Positions 14,106 through 26,946 of a stretch of DNA of 64,000 bases are shown in pieces. The first letter of the stretch is position 1. Each line of letters starts with the position of its first letter. This DNA comes from Podarcis bocagei (lineage: Eukaryota): assembly GCA_964188305.1 (NCBI GenBank), contig OZ076894.1, one strand, 5' to 3'. The position numbers were made by a program, and so were the translations under genes. Under the pieces are notes generated by a model. It did no database searches, was not told the origin of the DNA, and saw only the letters and a program-made list of their open reading frames with translations.

Positions 14106-14399
14106 ATGACTAACTACAGTTGGAAATGTAATGGCAGAGATGATGAACCGTGGGTCAGACTCTGTTATTAAAAGAAGGACAGGATATTCTAGGTAATTAA
14201 TAAATCTTCCTATAAACAGATTAACATGTTTTCCCATAATTTTATTATGTTTAAATTTAAAACAGTTGAATGCTTATTTTTTTCAAACTCTAGTATTTTC
14301 TGGTAGTATTCCCACCAGTTCTAGGAATGACAAAAATCACACACATTTATTCTTTGTAGAGTAAATAAACTCTTGATGTGACACTGTCACTAATTGGTA

Positions 14400-14750
14400 G
14401 ATACGGGTGGCTCTGTGTGTTAAACCACTGTGCCACTTGGGCTTGCCAATCCCCATGACAGGGTGAGCTCCCGTTGTTCGGTCCCAGCTCCTGCTAACCT
14501 TGCAGTTTGAAAGCATGTCAAAGTGCAAGTAGATAAATAGGTACCACTCCAGTGGGAAGGTAAATGGTGCTTCCATGTGCTGCTCTGGTTTCACCAGAAG
14601 CAGCTTAGTCATGCTGGCCACATGACCCAGAAAAACTGTCTGTGGAAGAAGACAAATGCCGGCTCCCTCGGCCTTTAAAGTGAGATGAGCGCCGAAACCC
14701 CAGAGTCGTTCACAACTGGACTTAATTGTCAGGGGTCCCTTTACCTTTAC
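14400..14750 (+). mobile_element. Sauria SINE with internal deletion
   Basis: Consensus match and ACCTTT tail; part of the head is missing. Confidence 0.9.
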
Positions 14751-16555
14751 TAGATAATCCAAAGATTGAGGTGGAGTAAGCTATTCCTATCTTTTTCATA
14801 ATTGTTTGGGGTTTGGCACTTCAAATACAGTGTGTCCTACTTAATAGGCTCTGTCAGCCAATTTTATTCATTTTATTATTCATGCATAGTGAACAATTGA
14901 AAAAAATAAATATTTCTGGTCTAGCCTTGAGGAAACTATTCATCAAAATCCAAAAGCTGGCAGGTTTTTGCTGTACCTATGTACTGCAGCCTTCTAGTCC
15001 ATCTGGAACTGCCATATTTAAAACCAGGTATTTAGAAAAGGAGATGCTCACACACTCCACTCTGTCTGCAGAATGTACAGACTTTTTTATACAGACGTTT
15101 GAAGTAATACAGAGAAACAGCTTATCATTTTAGCTGTTGCAATGCCACTGTGTTTCTAATTACACTAATGAAGACGTACAGCTATATTCTTAATGGCTGA
15201 ACATTGTAAGTTTACTGGTAGGATTTTCAATCAAAGCATGTGGTGAACAGAAAATCCCAACATAAAAAATAAATTATTCAGAACAGGTATGAGAGCAACA
15301 CATTTCAGATTCTATCCCATCAGGCCATAGTGGTTTTATTTATAGTGCTTTGAAAACCATCACTAAAAGCTGAAACTTAATTTTGCAGATGCCATTGATA
15401 GCATGTATTTGCAATCTACACAATAAAATATGAATTCTCAAACATGGAAACCTATACTGAAATGTGATAGGAACTTGGTCTTTCTTTGGAACCAATTATT
15501 TATTTCTTTAAATGTGCATGGCTGCCAATTATTTATTTCTTTAAATGTGCATGGGTAACATTCTTTACATAGTTATCTTCAGTATTTTAAATACAACATT
15601 GCTTTCTCTGCTTGTCAGGAATGTTGCTGCTTGTTTGACAAAATAATCACACAAGACCAGCCCTCCTATTTTTCCTGTCATAGAACTGATCGGGTTCATC
15701 CTTCTCCAATTAAGCCAATGGATAATTGGGCATTTTGTACTTTGTTACAAATTTCTCTTAAGAACAGGAGTTCGGGAATCAAGCAGGGCATTCAGAAATG
15801 AACAGACACAATGAGGATGTCCCAACAGTTGCCCAATCTTGCACACCAAGCCTTTGAAGCACTCAATCATGATACTCACTGCCTTTATGGGAAAGTGAGC
15901 ATTGCAAATGTGCACTCCTCTAGCAGGTTTCTGTGTGTTGCCACTGTGCAGTACTTGGAGTCACAAGACTCTGTTTTGCATTCCAGACATTCCAGACTGT
16001 TGGAAGTCTCACGGAAGATGGATGTGACGTTACGGGTTTCCTGTTCCTTTGTTTCAGTCGCTCTCTGCCTTTCACAGAGAAAGGATGTAAATTCTTACTG
16101 TCTTCATAGTTAGAAAAATAAAGCATAGCGATGTAGCTCATATTTCTCGGCTCTTTCTGCTGTCTCTCTGCTGAATGGGGAACGTGCCTGGAGCCTTATC
16201 AAAGGCTCATGCCGTTAACCATCGTCGGAGGAGATTCCGAAGGCTCAACCGGAGGAGTAGCTCGGTCGTAGCGGATATTCCGACAGGGTCTGCTCCCATT
16301 TGTGCAGATGCTGCCTGTTTCTAGGCAACATACAGCACCCTCTTGTTCAGGGGGCCTGATCAGTTGCTGCCGCCTCCTGACTTGCCTCCCCATTCAGCTG
16401 CCCACAGCCCTTCACAGCCTCCACTGAGTGTCTCTCCTTTAACAATGGGTTGAGGGGAGGAGCCATCATCCTTGTTCCCCATTCCAAAGTGTCTGAAGTC
16501 AGGGCAGGATGGGGAAAATCCTCCTCCTCTGACCCCGGTTCCCACTAATCAGGCC

Positions 16556-17217
16556 CAGTGCCGGATTTACGTATAAGCTAAACAAGATATAGCTTAGGGC
16601 CCCACTCTCTTGGGGGGCCCAAAAAAAATTAAAGGAGAAAAAAACACCTGGATGTACATTTCCAAAATACAGTGGTACCTCGAGTTACACCCGCCTCAGG
16701 TTACAAACGCTTCAGGTTACAACTCCGCTAATCTGGAAGAGTTACCTTGAGTTGAGAACTTTGCCCCAGGATGAGAACGGAAATCGTGTACAGCGGCAGC
16801 AAGAGGACCCATTAGCGAAAGCACGCCTCTAGTTAAGAACAGTTTCAGGTTAAGAATGGACCTCTGGAATGAATTAAGTTTGTAACTAGAGGTACCACTG
16901 TATAAGATAAAAAACAAATAGAATAAAACCTACATACAGCAACAGTATTTTGTGTTGTCCTATGATGCAAGTAATGGGCCCCAACTGCTAGCCTGCTCCC
17001 TAAAATATCACTGGTTTGCTCATTTCTATATATAGGGTGCCTACATTCTGCATGTGCAAATGGCTTTAGATATCTCTCTGGTCTATAAATTACCGTATAG
17101 CATATATTCAACACAAAAAACAGTGACAATTTGTTGTTGACAAAGGACAGCTGGACATATAAAGGGCCCCATTACCTTCAGAAGCTTAGGGCCTCATCAA
17201 ACCTAAATCCGGCCCTG
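16556..17217. mobile_element. hAT non-autonomous element
   Basis: TIRs cagtgccggattta / taaatccggccctg; perfect 8-bp TSD atcaggcc (16548-16555, 17218-17225); second copy at 48998. Confidence 0.9.
16670..16900. mobile_element. Tc1/mariner (Tigger-like) MITE nested in the hAT element
   Basis: TIRs cagtggtacctc / gaggtaccactg with TA duplication; the empty site ttccaaaa-ta-taagat is seen in the 48998 copy. Confidence 0.9.
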
Positions 17218-18499
17218 ATCAGGCCCCTCACGTCTGTTCCTCCTCCACCTCCATTGGGGCCTGCCAAGACAATCCCATCCTGACAATGCTCTTTTCCTTG
17301 ATTGTTTTTCCTTGATTTCAGTTCCTTCCTCACCTGAAAAGATCATTCCCATTCACAGAGGGGACACGTTAGATCTAAACTGCTGAATTTCGTCGGTTTT
17401 TAGAAGAAAGCATCTTGATAAAATAATGTTCTTTTTTTTAAAAAAAGAAGCCACCTCAACACTGCATTAATTTATTGGTTTGCTAAATAGAAGTAAGCAA
17501 ACAAAGATGTTTTGCTGGAAATTACCTGAAGTTTATAAAAGCTTCACATTTTTTATTATGTGGGGTTTATTTGCATTTACATTGTAGTTTTTACAAGTTT
17601 TCACCTAAAGCAGCAATTTACTGCAGCTTGCTTTTCTCATTGAGGAAAATGAATGGTAAATAATTCATATTCAGATAAAGAAATAAATTGAAGCAAATAA
17701 AAATGTAAAGAAGTAGTTGTAAAAATTATTTTAAATACAGTTAGGTCACTGAACTCACAGTACATGGTCTATTTTTTATTTTAATTTTTTAAAAAACACC
17801 CATTTTCTGAGATAATTTAAAAAACCAAGAACTGCTTCCCAAACAATAGAACTGAAAGCGTATTTTTCTCTTTTTTTCTTTTTTGTTCTAAACAGAAGCT
17901 TGTAGCTTCTGTTAAGAAGATTAACTCTGAGGGAGAGTGTGACAAAGTGGATTTTATAAAAGCAGGCCAACAAAGTATTTGCATTTGAAGCATAATTATC
18001 ACATTCTTCAGTATCAACACTGTGTTAAATGTGCTTTAAAAAAAAAAAAAGAGCCAGCAGTGAATCACTGAATTCTCAGTTGTCAATGCCTTATATTTAA
18101 AGCTCCTTGGAATTTAAACCAAAGCTGTGTGTATCTATGTATTTTTTTGCTTGTTTTCTACATGCTGTTCATTCTTTCATTTTCTGTTCATTTTTCCTTT
18201 TGAGAAGCATCAAGCTGTTATTTATTGCACACTATTTTCATAACTCTATTGGGAAGTCTTTTAAACCTAGGGTCAGAGAGAAATGCCCCAAAGCAGTTGC
18301 TAGTATTCAGGGTTTTTTTACTCAAAACATAAAATAAACTTGTCCTTCCTAAGTCTAAATTACTGGAGAAATTGATCGCCATTGCTGGTATGCTGGTATG
18401 GTGTCTTGCGCAAACAGGTATGAATGCATTATGGGAGTCTGCAGTGGAAAGGGACGAGGCCAGGAAAGTCTTCCTCCATGACCACAATAACATATGAAG

Positions 18500-18657
18500 C
18501 TTACACATAGTGAATCAGACCACTGGTCCATCTAGCAGGACATGACTCTCAGGGGTTTCACAAAGCAGCCTCTCCTAACCTGGAGATGCCAGGGATTGAA
18601 CCTTTGACCTTCTGTAAGCAAAGCAGATGTTTTACCACTGAGCTATGGATCTTCCCC
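18500..18657 (-). mobile_element. Old tRNA-derived SINE (Squam2-like)
   Basis: Minus strand has box A tagctcagtgg and box B ggttcaatccc, then a gctagatggacc tail. Confidence 0.65.
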
Positions 18658-18913
18658 AAAGTTCTACTACCTCTTCTCAGGCTCCAATCCATTACACTGC
18701 CATGGGCATTATTTTCCAGTAGCTTTAACAAAAACAAACCAGAGTTCTTCTGTGTCCTACGGTTGGGCAGCCTCACTTCTTGCAAAACCCATGAAACTTG
18801 ATACACACAGACATATGTAGAAACTATGGAATAGAAGCAAAGTTACATGAAGCTTTGGGAGTGGCCCTGGTTTGACTTGGGGTGTTGCTGATGTGTGTGA
18901 GGAGGAAGGAATA

Positions 18914-19157
18914 CAGCGGCACCTTGGTTGTCAAATGGCTTGGATCCCAAACAAATCAATGCCAAAAACCCCGAGGTAAGCGTTCCGGTTTGTGAACTTT
19001 TTTAGGGAAACCGAACGTCTAACACGGCTTCTACGGCTTCCGACTGAGTGCAAGAAGGTCCTGCAGCTAATCGGAAGCCACGCCTTGGTTTTTGAATGGT
19101 TCCGGGAGTCAAACGGACTCCTGAAACGGATTAAGTTCGGCAACCAAGCTATCACTG
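18914..19157. mobile_element. Tc1/mariner (Tigger-like) MITE, second family
   Basis: TIRs cagcggcaccttggttg / caaccaagctatcactg, TA flanks. Confidence 0.75.
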
Positions 19158-19425
19158 TACGCAGAATCATCCTAATTCACCTTATTCTTCAGGTCCTACA
19201 CAGAGCTAAAGCACTCTGAAATAGTATTTTCCTATGTTTGATTCTCTGTCAGTCTTGTTAAGTGAACATCATTTTTGACTCTTCTTTCTTTTTAGTTAAT
19301 GAATATGTATGGCATTAATATTGAAGTTTGCTTTTCTCTTTTTCTGGATGCTAGATCAGCTACGCTACATATAGCCTGCTACATATTATTTAAGTAAAAA
19401 ATAAAGTTGCCACTATGACTATTTT

Positions 19426-19786
19426 TTGAATTATGGTGCTGGAGGAGACTCTTGAGAGTCCCATGGACTGCAAGAAGATCAAACCTCTCCATTCTGAAGG
19501 ATATCAGCCCTGAGTGCTCACTGGAAGGACAGATCCTGAAGCTGAGGCTCCAATACTTTGGCCACCTCATGAGAAGAGAAGACTCCCTGGAAAAGACCCT
19601 GATGTTGGGAAAGATGGAGGGCACAAGGAGAAGGAAGGGGACGACAGAGGACGAGATGGTTGGACAGTGTTCTCGAAGCTACCAGCATGAGTTTGACCAA
19701 ACTGCGGGAGGCAGTGGAAGACAGGAGTGCCTGGCGTGCTCTGGTTCATGGGGTCATGAAGAGTAGGACACGACTAAACAACAACA
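19426..19786 (+). mobile_element. RTE-BovB LINE 3' fragment
   Basis: Encodes RVPWTARRSNLSILKDISPECSLEGQILKLRLQYFGHLMRREDSLEKTLMLGK (BovB ORF C-terminus); (CAA)n tail; TSD actatttt (19418-19425, 19787-19794). Confidence 0.92.
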
Positions 19787-19864
19787 ACTATTTTCTAGTA
19801 CAACTATTGTACAATCATTTCATTCTGCAATATAAAATTTCCAAGGTGCCGTATTCAATGAAGA

Positions 19865-20016
19865 GAAGGTATGAAGCTCAGTGGTAAACTGCATACTGTG
19901 CCTGTAAAAGGTTCTGGGTTCAATTCTTGACATCTCCATCTCTAAAACCCCAGAGAGCCATAGTCAGTATTAACGCCACTGAGCTAGATGGACCTGTTAG
20001 CATAAGGCAGTTCCTT
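19865..20016 (+). mobile_element. Old tRNA-derived SINE (Squam2-like)
   Basis: agctcagtggt box A, ggttcaattc box B, gagctagatggacc...ataaggcagttcct tail; related to 18500-18657. Confidence 0.6.
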
Positions 20017-21288
20017 AATGAATAAAAACAACATAAAAATCACACATTATATAAAATAGTAAAATCTGACAAAACAATATAGTTTTTAAGAAGTTAACTG
20101 CATGGCAGCAGAGCCTTTCCTACAGCATTTTATTAGCCTGGCTGCCAAAATATGCAGAAAAAGAAGAACGCTGCTTCTTCTACTTTCAACTTCCAATTTG
20201 AAAATTTTGGCAGCTATTCTGGCTTCTGTTATGCTTTCTACAAATCCATTTATGGGTTCTGCTTGGGAGAATTAGCTTTCAGTATACATTCACAATGTTC
20301 TTTGATTCTGAAGCTCTCTCTTTTTTTCTTGTTGGTGCTGCGTCTGTATTCCTGCAAGGATTTTTACTCTGTGCCAAATCATGTTTTGTCTTGCAATATA
20401 TTAACCATTTTGTGTGTGAACAGCCAGACACTATTCAGCCTTAAAGCTACAGCCTTATAGCATGTGACTGCAGCTGAAAACTTGTATGGGGGAGGGAAGA
20501 AAGCATTTGATGACCTTCCTTAAAAGTAAATAACTGATATCAATAAATGAATGGGAATGCTGAAATATAAACTGGTAGTCAGACTTTTTTTTTGGGGGGG
20601 GGAGCTTATCTCAGAAAATTGGTAACCGAAAAAGAAAATTCACAGCTTCTACACATTTCTACTTTTTGAAAGAAATAAGATTGCATTTAGTCATCTGTGA
20701 ATGTTCTGCGGTTTCATTAAGAAGCCCTGAAAGATTCAGCCATCACTCACTCTGAGTTATCTAGATATTTGACATCTCTTGCTGAAAGAAAAAGCATCTC
20801 TAGCCATGGGTAGTAAGACTTGAAGGAATATCAACAAGCCATTTGCCACATGCTTCGCTGGTAACTTACCAACTCTGTATTCATTGACAGTCACCTTATT
20901 CGACTTTCAGATTTGCTAAACTGGGCTGAATAATCAGCTACCATTGTACAAGATTCTGCATTATGGGATGCTGCAAATAATGGTGCTGTGGGACTGGTGC
21001 AGATGATTATGACTGGGGGCGGAATGGGCTAGAAGAGTCAGAAGGCCAAGTCAACTTTCAGTGGTATCTTAAGATTGTTGCAGCACTTGAAGTGCTTTGC
21101 CAAGGTCTGCCCTCCAGTTCCCCAAATTGCTTGAGAAATTCTTTCCCCTACAAAAAGAGAAGCGTCTCTTTTCTGTCTCATTCTCAGGGCACTTTAGAAC
21201 TTATTATAATTTCAGTAGGTGTGGGAGCTTTGAGTTTACTGTATTATTGTGAAGTGGCCAGGTGTGTTTACATTTTTATTTTCCATTA

Positions 21289-21465
21289 CTGTATTTTTTG
21301 CTCTATAAGACTCACTTTTTCCCTCCAAAAAAGTAAGGGGAAATGTGTGTGCTTCTTATGGAGCGAATGCAGGCTGCGCAGCTGTCCCAGAAGCCAGAAC
21401 AGCAAAAGGGATCGCTGCTTTCGCTGTGCAGTGATCCCTCTTGCTGTTCTGGCTTCTGGGATTCA

Positions 21466-21517
<52 letters not shown>

Positions 21518-21574
21518 CCTCAAAAAACTAGGTGCGCCTTATGGTCTGGTGCGTCTTATAGAGTGAAAAATGTG
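21289..21574. mobile_element. pogo/Tc2-like MITE with internal hairpin and (TA)n
   Basis: TIRs ctgtattttttgctctataagac / gtcttatagagtgaaaaatgtg, TA flanks; ~34-bp internal stem at 21385-21461; (TA)n at 21468-21513. Confidence 0.75.
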
Positions 21575-23011
21575 TATTATTTTTTTCTCCAGCACACTGC
21601 AAAATCCTTGGTTGCCCACAGATCCTGATCTGGAAAAAGGTGCATGGGAGATGTTACATTCTGTCTTTCCCTGGGCTTTGACTGATCCATGGGTACCTGC
21701 ATAAGCTGCAGAATGCAGACTATGGGTGAGACGATTTGTAGAAGGAAAGAAAGGACTCTCTCAAAATACCCTGGCCACATCAAAAGTAAAGTAAGAGCAT
21801 CAAAGCCTCTGCTTCTGAACCATGAGAATTTCACCAAAATTCTTGCTCTCAATTGATAAATTCCAAACCTATTTATTTTTCTCATTAATTGATGGAGGAT
21901 GTTTGAAAAAATGCAGAAGATATTTCCAACACAACACTTCCTTCATTGCTTCCAGCCAAGCCCAGGAGGAAGTGTTTGAGGAATTTCAGAACAACCCAAA
22001 ACATATGTACATAAACATATCACCTTGAATTCAGTGTGATTTACTCCCAATTAAATGTTCACAGCGTTGCATTAAGTTTAAAAAGAGCCCTACCTGCCAG
22101 GAAGCCATGTCTTACATCCAGAATAAAATAAAGTTCAGCTTCTGTTTTGCAGAAGCATATTTGCTTCTCATTTTCTGAACTGTAACTGCTTGAACAAATC
22201 TTACCTTTTAGTGAATTAAGCCAGTCACAGTAAAATGTTTTCCTTCTTTAAAGTTGGAAATCATCAAATCATTTGTTGTGAAAAAAAAGAAAAAAGAAAG
22301 GTCATAAAAGGGGAAATGAAATATTCAGGACTTTAACTGTATTGCCATTAGCCTTTCTTTGAACTGAAAAATGAAAAGTTCTGTCTCACTCCAGGTTCAC
22401 TTCATGTACAAGGTTTGTCATTTAAGCTGTGCTTTCAATTTAAAATACAGTCTAGGCATATTTATGGAATAAAAAGGGGGGTATGAATTTTGCAGTGACA
22501 TGAAATGTGGCATGTCAATATGGGACACAATGTTGGATTGATTCCTGAAAGTGAAATATATTTTAGATAGCTGTGGTCATTGACAACAACACCTTTCCAT
22601 AAGTACAAAGAACTAATATCAATGGGACAACAGGTTCAATGGTGATGGAACTGAAAACAATTCATGGAGTAAGGTTAAAATAAATAAATAACCGAAGGCT
22701 CAAATGTTACAGTCCCATGAATCTTCATGTGAGTTCTGAGAGGAGAGCTGAAATGGTCTCAAGTGAATTAAATGGAGTGGATGCAGTTTCTGGCTGAAAG
22801 CTTGCCACATCAATCACTGGTTTCATTCTCCAACTGATGTCGCAAAACATGACTGTCCTGGGGGCAGGGCATGACTGAGTAGTCTGGAATGAGGATTTCT
22901 CTCTGTTTCATTATGGGGATATGTTGGGACCATCAGATTACTCAAGTTCTTGTATGGATTTTATAGGCAGAATAGGGTATGTTTTACAATTTATCTCCCC
23001 CATTACTCATG

Positions 23012-23579
23012 TGTGTGAACAGAATGTTTAAACTTAAAACAATTAGATAGCAGAGTTTAAAACACCATCCCTTGCATCATCCCTTGGAAACTTTGGGACT
23101 AGGCTGTGTAGGCTTGTTGCAATTTATCCAGACTACGGTAATTGACTGGATTTCTCCCCGCCCCCTTCCCTCTGAATTAAAAGAATAATGCGACAGACTG
23201 TAGATTAAGCAAAAAATAGTGTTTACTTACATAAAGTATTGCACTTGATTCCGGCAGTAACAGTAGCAAAAAGTAGGCTGGCAACGTTTATTTCTAGATT
23301 ATAAAATACATATTTGAGTTCAAATTGAAGTCTCTGCTTAAGCAGAGATCAAAACAGAAGACCATCTACCTGAGAAGCATGGTGGAAAAGAGACTTGAGT
23401 TCTGAGGCAGGGGGGGAGTATAAAGGGTTAAATCTTTTTGTCTTTTTCCTGCCAGGCAACTCAAGAGAAGTGACATCACACAGTGCCCTCTCTAGTAATC
23501 AGGAACTCTGTGATGTTTAACCCCTTCATATTCTTGTTTAGCAAAACATGCAAAGTTATTTTGACTTCAAATTCACACA
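23012..23579 (-). mobile_element. Possible solo LTR
   Basis: tgtgtgaa...ttcacaca termini and LTR-like composition, but the flanks (catg / ctag) do not form a clean TSD. Confidence 0.3.
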
Positions 23580-24958
23580 CTAGTTAGGAGGGTCACTCTG
23601 GAACATAGACTAACAGATTCAGTTTGAAAAGGTTTTTTCTTTCTTTCTCAAACTGTGATTTAAATATTTCAAAGGGACTTTGTAGACATCTAAATAATTA
23701 GCACATGAAATGATAATGGCTGCTTTAAAATGAGTTGAAACAGTCTCTAAAAATTGTCTTGGTGGTGGCACCTCCTCAGCAGACTCTCCCTTAATCTAAC
23801 TGATTTCAGCATTCAGAATATATTTTCTGGCAAATCAAACACCCTCTCCTTTATTTAAATCTATCCATTATTCTTCATTTGTACATCTTGTACTATTCTT
23901 TAGGGGGAACAGTGTGGCTTGTTACCCTAAATCAAAATTCTAGTGAATTAAATTCTAGTTTATAGGTACTTCAGAGCGCTGAGTGGTTGCAAGTCCCAGA
24001 ACAATAAGTTACTTTTTAACAAAAAAGACTTGTGAATTTGAATCCCTTTAAATTAGTTCCATAATGCTCAAAACACCGGATAATTGTACATTTGTATAGG
24101 AAATTGCGTAGTTTTGTTTCAGCACATTGCCTTGAACAAGAATCTGGATCTTTGTTAATTTCAGTCTCATGACAAAAAAGATGTTGCAGTGATTCTAGCA
24201 AGAGAAAGCCCATGTATTTAGGTTTTGGTGCAAATCAGTGTATTGTATCTGCATCCAATTGCAGTTGCTAATAAATCCGTAGCTACTTTTTCTTGTAACC
24301 CTAATTTATTATTTTAGGCACCAGGGCCACATTTTGCTAAACCGTTGTTTTTTTTCATACTTACAATCTTTCTTTGCCTCCAATATTTTGCATATAAGGC
24401 ACAGACGACATTTTCATCCTTGCTTGGACTACTGTGTGCAAGTATGTCTAGGGTATTCATTATTTTATTTTATTTTTCTCCTGACATCAAGACTAGGGAA
24501 GTAAGAACTTTGCGGAAATGAAATGGTTTATGCAGAGGAAAAGAAAAAAGAAGGGAGTCACTGTCAAATTCCTTCCATTTTCTGTGTCACAGCAGTAGCT
24601 GGTTCAAACATACCATGCACTTTTCGTCCCTTGTTAGTAATCTGGAAAAACATAAGTATCCTATAAGGTGATCTGAAGGGAAAAGACCCTGAAACATTTA
24701 CTGAGCGGATTTGCTACAGAAACAGTAGATGAACTCCTGAAGTATAAGCGTTTATAAAGCAATTTCAAGCCATTCTTTAGCAATTACGTCAAGGCTCTCA
24801 TACTATGCATTCATTGGATAAAATCTGGTGTTTTATCTTACACTGCCTCCCAAGAGAGATGGATGTCAACAACAATAATCTTTATAGCTCATTATATAAG
24901 TCGGAAGGCCTAAGTAGATGAAATGTTGGAGGATAACATTTGGATCTCCTTTTATATG

Positions 24959-25741
24959 TGTCAAGGCTGCCTCAGGTCCCAGCTCACAAAGGACCAACGC
25001 CAGTGTCTCTTTACATACAGAAACGTTTATTGAAGTTCATTGTCCGTTTCACAGCAGAGGCGCGCGGCCTCACGTCCGTAATGCTAGACCGCCGAAGTCC
25101 CCTCTGAGTCAGTCCCTCCCCTGCACCAGTTTAATAAGCTTGCGCTGCTCCACCTCTTCCTTTCTCTCCTTTTCCGCAGGGTCTTCCTGCCCGCTGGGGT
25201 TTCCCCCCTCCTGGATTCCCCTGACGCTGAATCCCCAGACTGCTCTCCCTCCCTCCTGCGGGCTTTGGGACCTGGCTCCTCCTCCGGGCTCCCTGTTCTT
25301 CCGCGCGCCTGCACATTTGAACTTGGCGCGCGCGCCCAACTTCTAACCTTCCTTTTGACAGTTACGCTACTCCCCTCAGTGCTCCCCTCCCCTTCTGGGA
25401 GGATGGCTTGCTCTGACCTCCCCTCCTTTTCTGCTGCCGGAGCTGCTTCCCCTGTCACACTGGAACCTCCTCCCCCTTCGCTGCGCTTTGGGGGGGAAGC
25501 TGGTCCTGACTCCCAGCTGCCACTTTGGGATCCCCTGCTGGCCCCTTGCCCTCGCTGCGTCCCCCCTGGGACTCCCCTTGTCCTGCCCACAGGCGCCCCC
25601 TCTTGGGAATCCTCAGATTCGCTGGAGAGGCTCATGGAATCCTCTGACCCACTGCCATCCTCTTCCTCGGCGTCCTGGGATTCTTCCCCATCGCTCTCCA
25701 TCTCCTGCCTCCCCTGTGCCTCTGTCCCTGAACCCCTGACA
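24959..25741 (-). mobile_element. Gypsy-type solo LTR (783 bp), young
   Basis: tgtca...tgaca termini; perfect 5-bp TSD atatg (24954-24958, 25742-25746); AATAAA on the minus strand at 25026-25031; CpG-rich. Confidence 0.88.
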
Positions 25742-26199
25742 ATATGCCTCAGAGTCCCTCAGTTTCCATCCAGGCCATTGTGCAAAGTAGAAGTGTCTAA
25801 TCCTTTTTCTCTGTGGTCTGGCATCGATCCAAATATCCCTCCCCGGTTGCTATGGAGGAAGATTTTTGCACTCTCTGCTTATGTGCTGCTTTTGCTGTCA
25901 GGCCCCGCCCTTCTGTGCCATTAACACCAAATAAATGAATCTCCTACTGTTGCATCCCACTGTTGCTTCAAGTGTGACCTTCAACATTCACATTCAGAGT
26001 ACTTCTGCTGAAACATTCGTTGCTCAGAAACAAAACAGAGCAAAACCAGTCTTGTGCTGCCAGGCTTCTGCAGGCAATTAAGAAAACAGCTTTCCGTATT
26101 TGTTAGCTGATGGTTTCTGGTTTTAATTTTTTATGTGTTTTTATTATACGTTGATATTATTTTGAACTGCTTTTATACTTTCCATGACATAAATAGTTT

Positions 26200-26200
<1 letters not shown>

Positions 26201-26239
<39 letters not shown>

Positions 26240-26242
26240 ATA
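26201..26242. repeat. (AAAT)n microsatellite, probably an old LINE tail
   Basis: Direct inspection. Confidence 0.9.
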
Positions 26243-26591
26243 GAAAGAACCAAGGCAGGTAACTCTTTTCTCAGGGCAAAGTTTTAGTGGGCATTTTGAC
26301 CATTTATTGCACAGTCCTAAAGAATGTAAGGATTGTGGGATTTTTTAAACAAATACACCTGCTCAAATGCACTTCAGAAATGGTAACTTGCCCAGTGTTA
26401 CACAGGGTTGAATCAGCTGAGCTCCTCCTTGTTCCAGACTATCTCAAGCAGAAACTTTTGCCAACCCTTGCTTTGGGGGGGTCAGAGTAAGAACCTCAAT
26501 TCCAGCTGAGATTCCTTGCTGGCACAGCAAGACATACTCAGGTAGAACTGGCTAGAACAATGCCTTTGCCTCATCAAACCTCCCTCTAGTG

Positions 26592-26727
26592 CAAACATCC
26601 CCAAACTTGGCCCTCCAGATATTTTGAGACTACAGTTCCCATCATCCCTGACCACTGGTCTTGTTATCTAGGGATGATGGGAGTTGTAGTCCCAAAACAT
26701 CTGGAGGGCCAAGTTTGGGGATGCCTG
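26592..26727. mobile_element. Palindromic hAT MITE
   Basis: Nearly the whole element is an inverted repeat; perfect 8-bp TSD ctctagtg (26584-26591, 26728-26735). Confidence 0.88.
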
Positions 26728-26946
26728 CTCTAGTGCAACAGATGGGGAGTCTGGATTCCTCTCTTAAGCAGTAGTGTACAGACCAAGCCCATCTGTTATT
26801 CTCTAGTACCCATTACACCTTGTCAACAGATAGATGTATTGTAGTTAAGGGATTTTTGGCTTTGTTTATAACTGTTGTGGGGTAGAGGGTCAAATTCTAT
26901 CAATAGTGGGACTGAACTGATTAAGTATGATGTAGATAATTGTTTA

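Larger units (their letters stand above)
15613..17285 (-). mobile_element. Probable Gypsy-type solo LTR (~1.0 kb net) carrying nested hAT and mariner MITEs
   Basis: Terminal inverted 8-mers tgtcagga / tcctgaca; 5-bp flanks ctgct / atgct (1 mismatch); purine-rich U3-like segment on the minus strand. The left boundary is the less certain one. Confidence 0.55.

Noticed and set aside
25265-25924. 219-aa plus-strand Pro/Ser/Leu-rich ORF
   Set aside because: Antisense shadow of the low-complexity LTR; runs out of the element into flanking DNA
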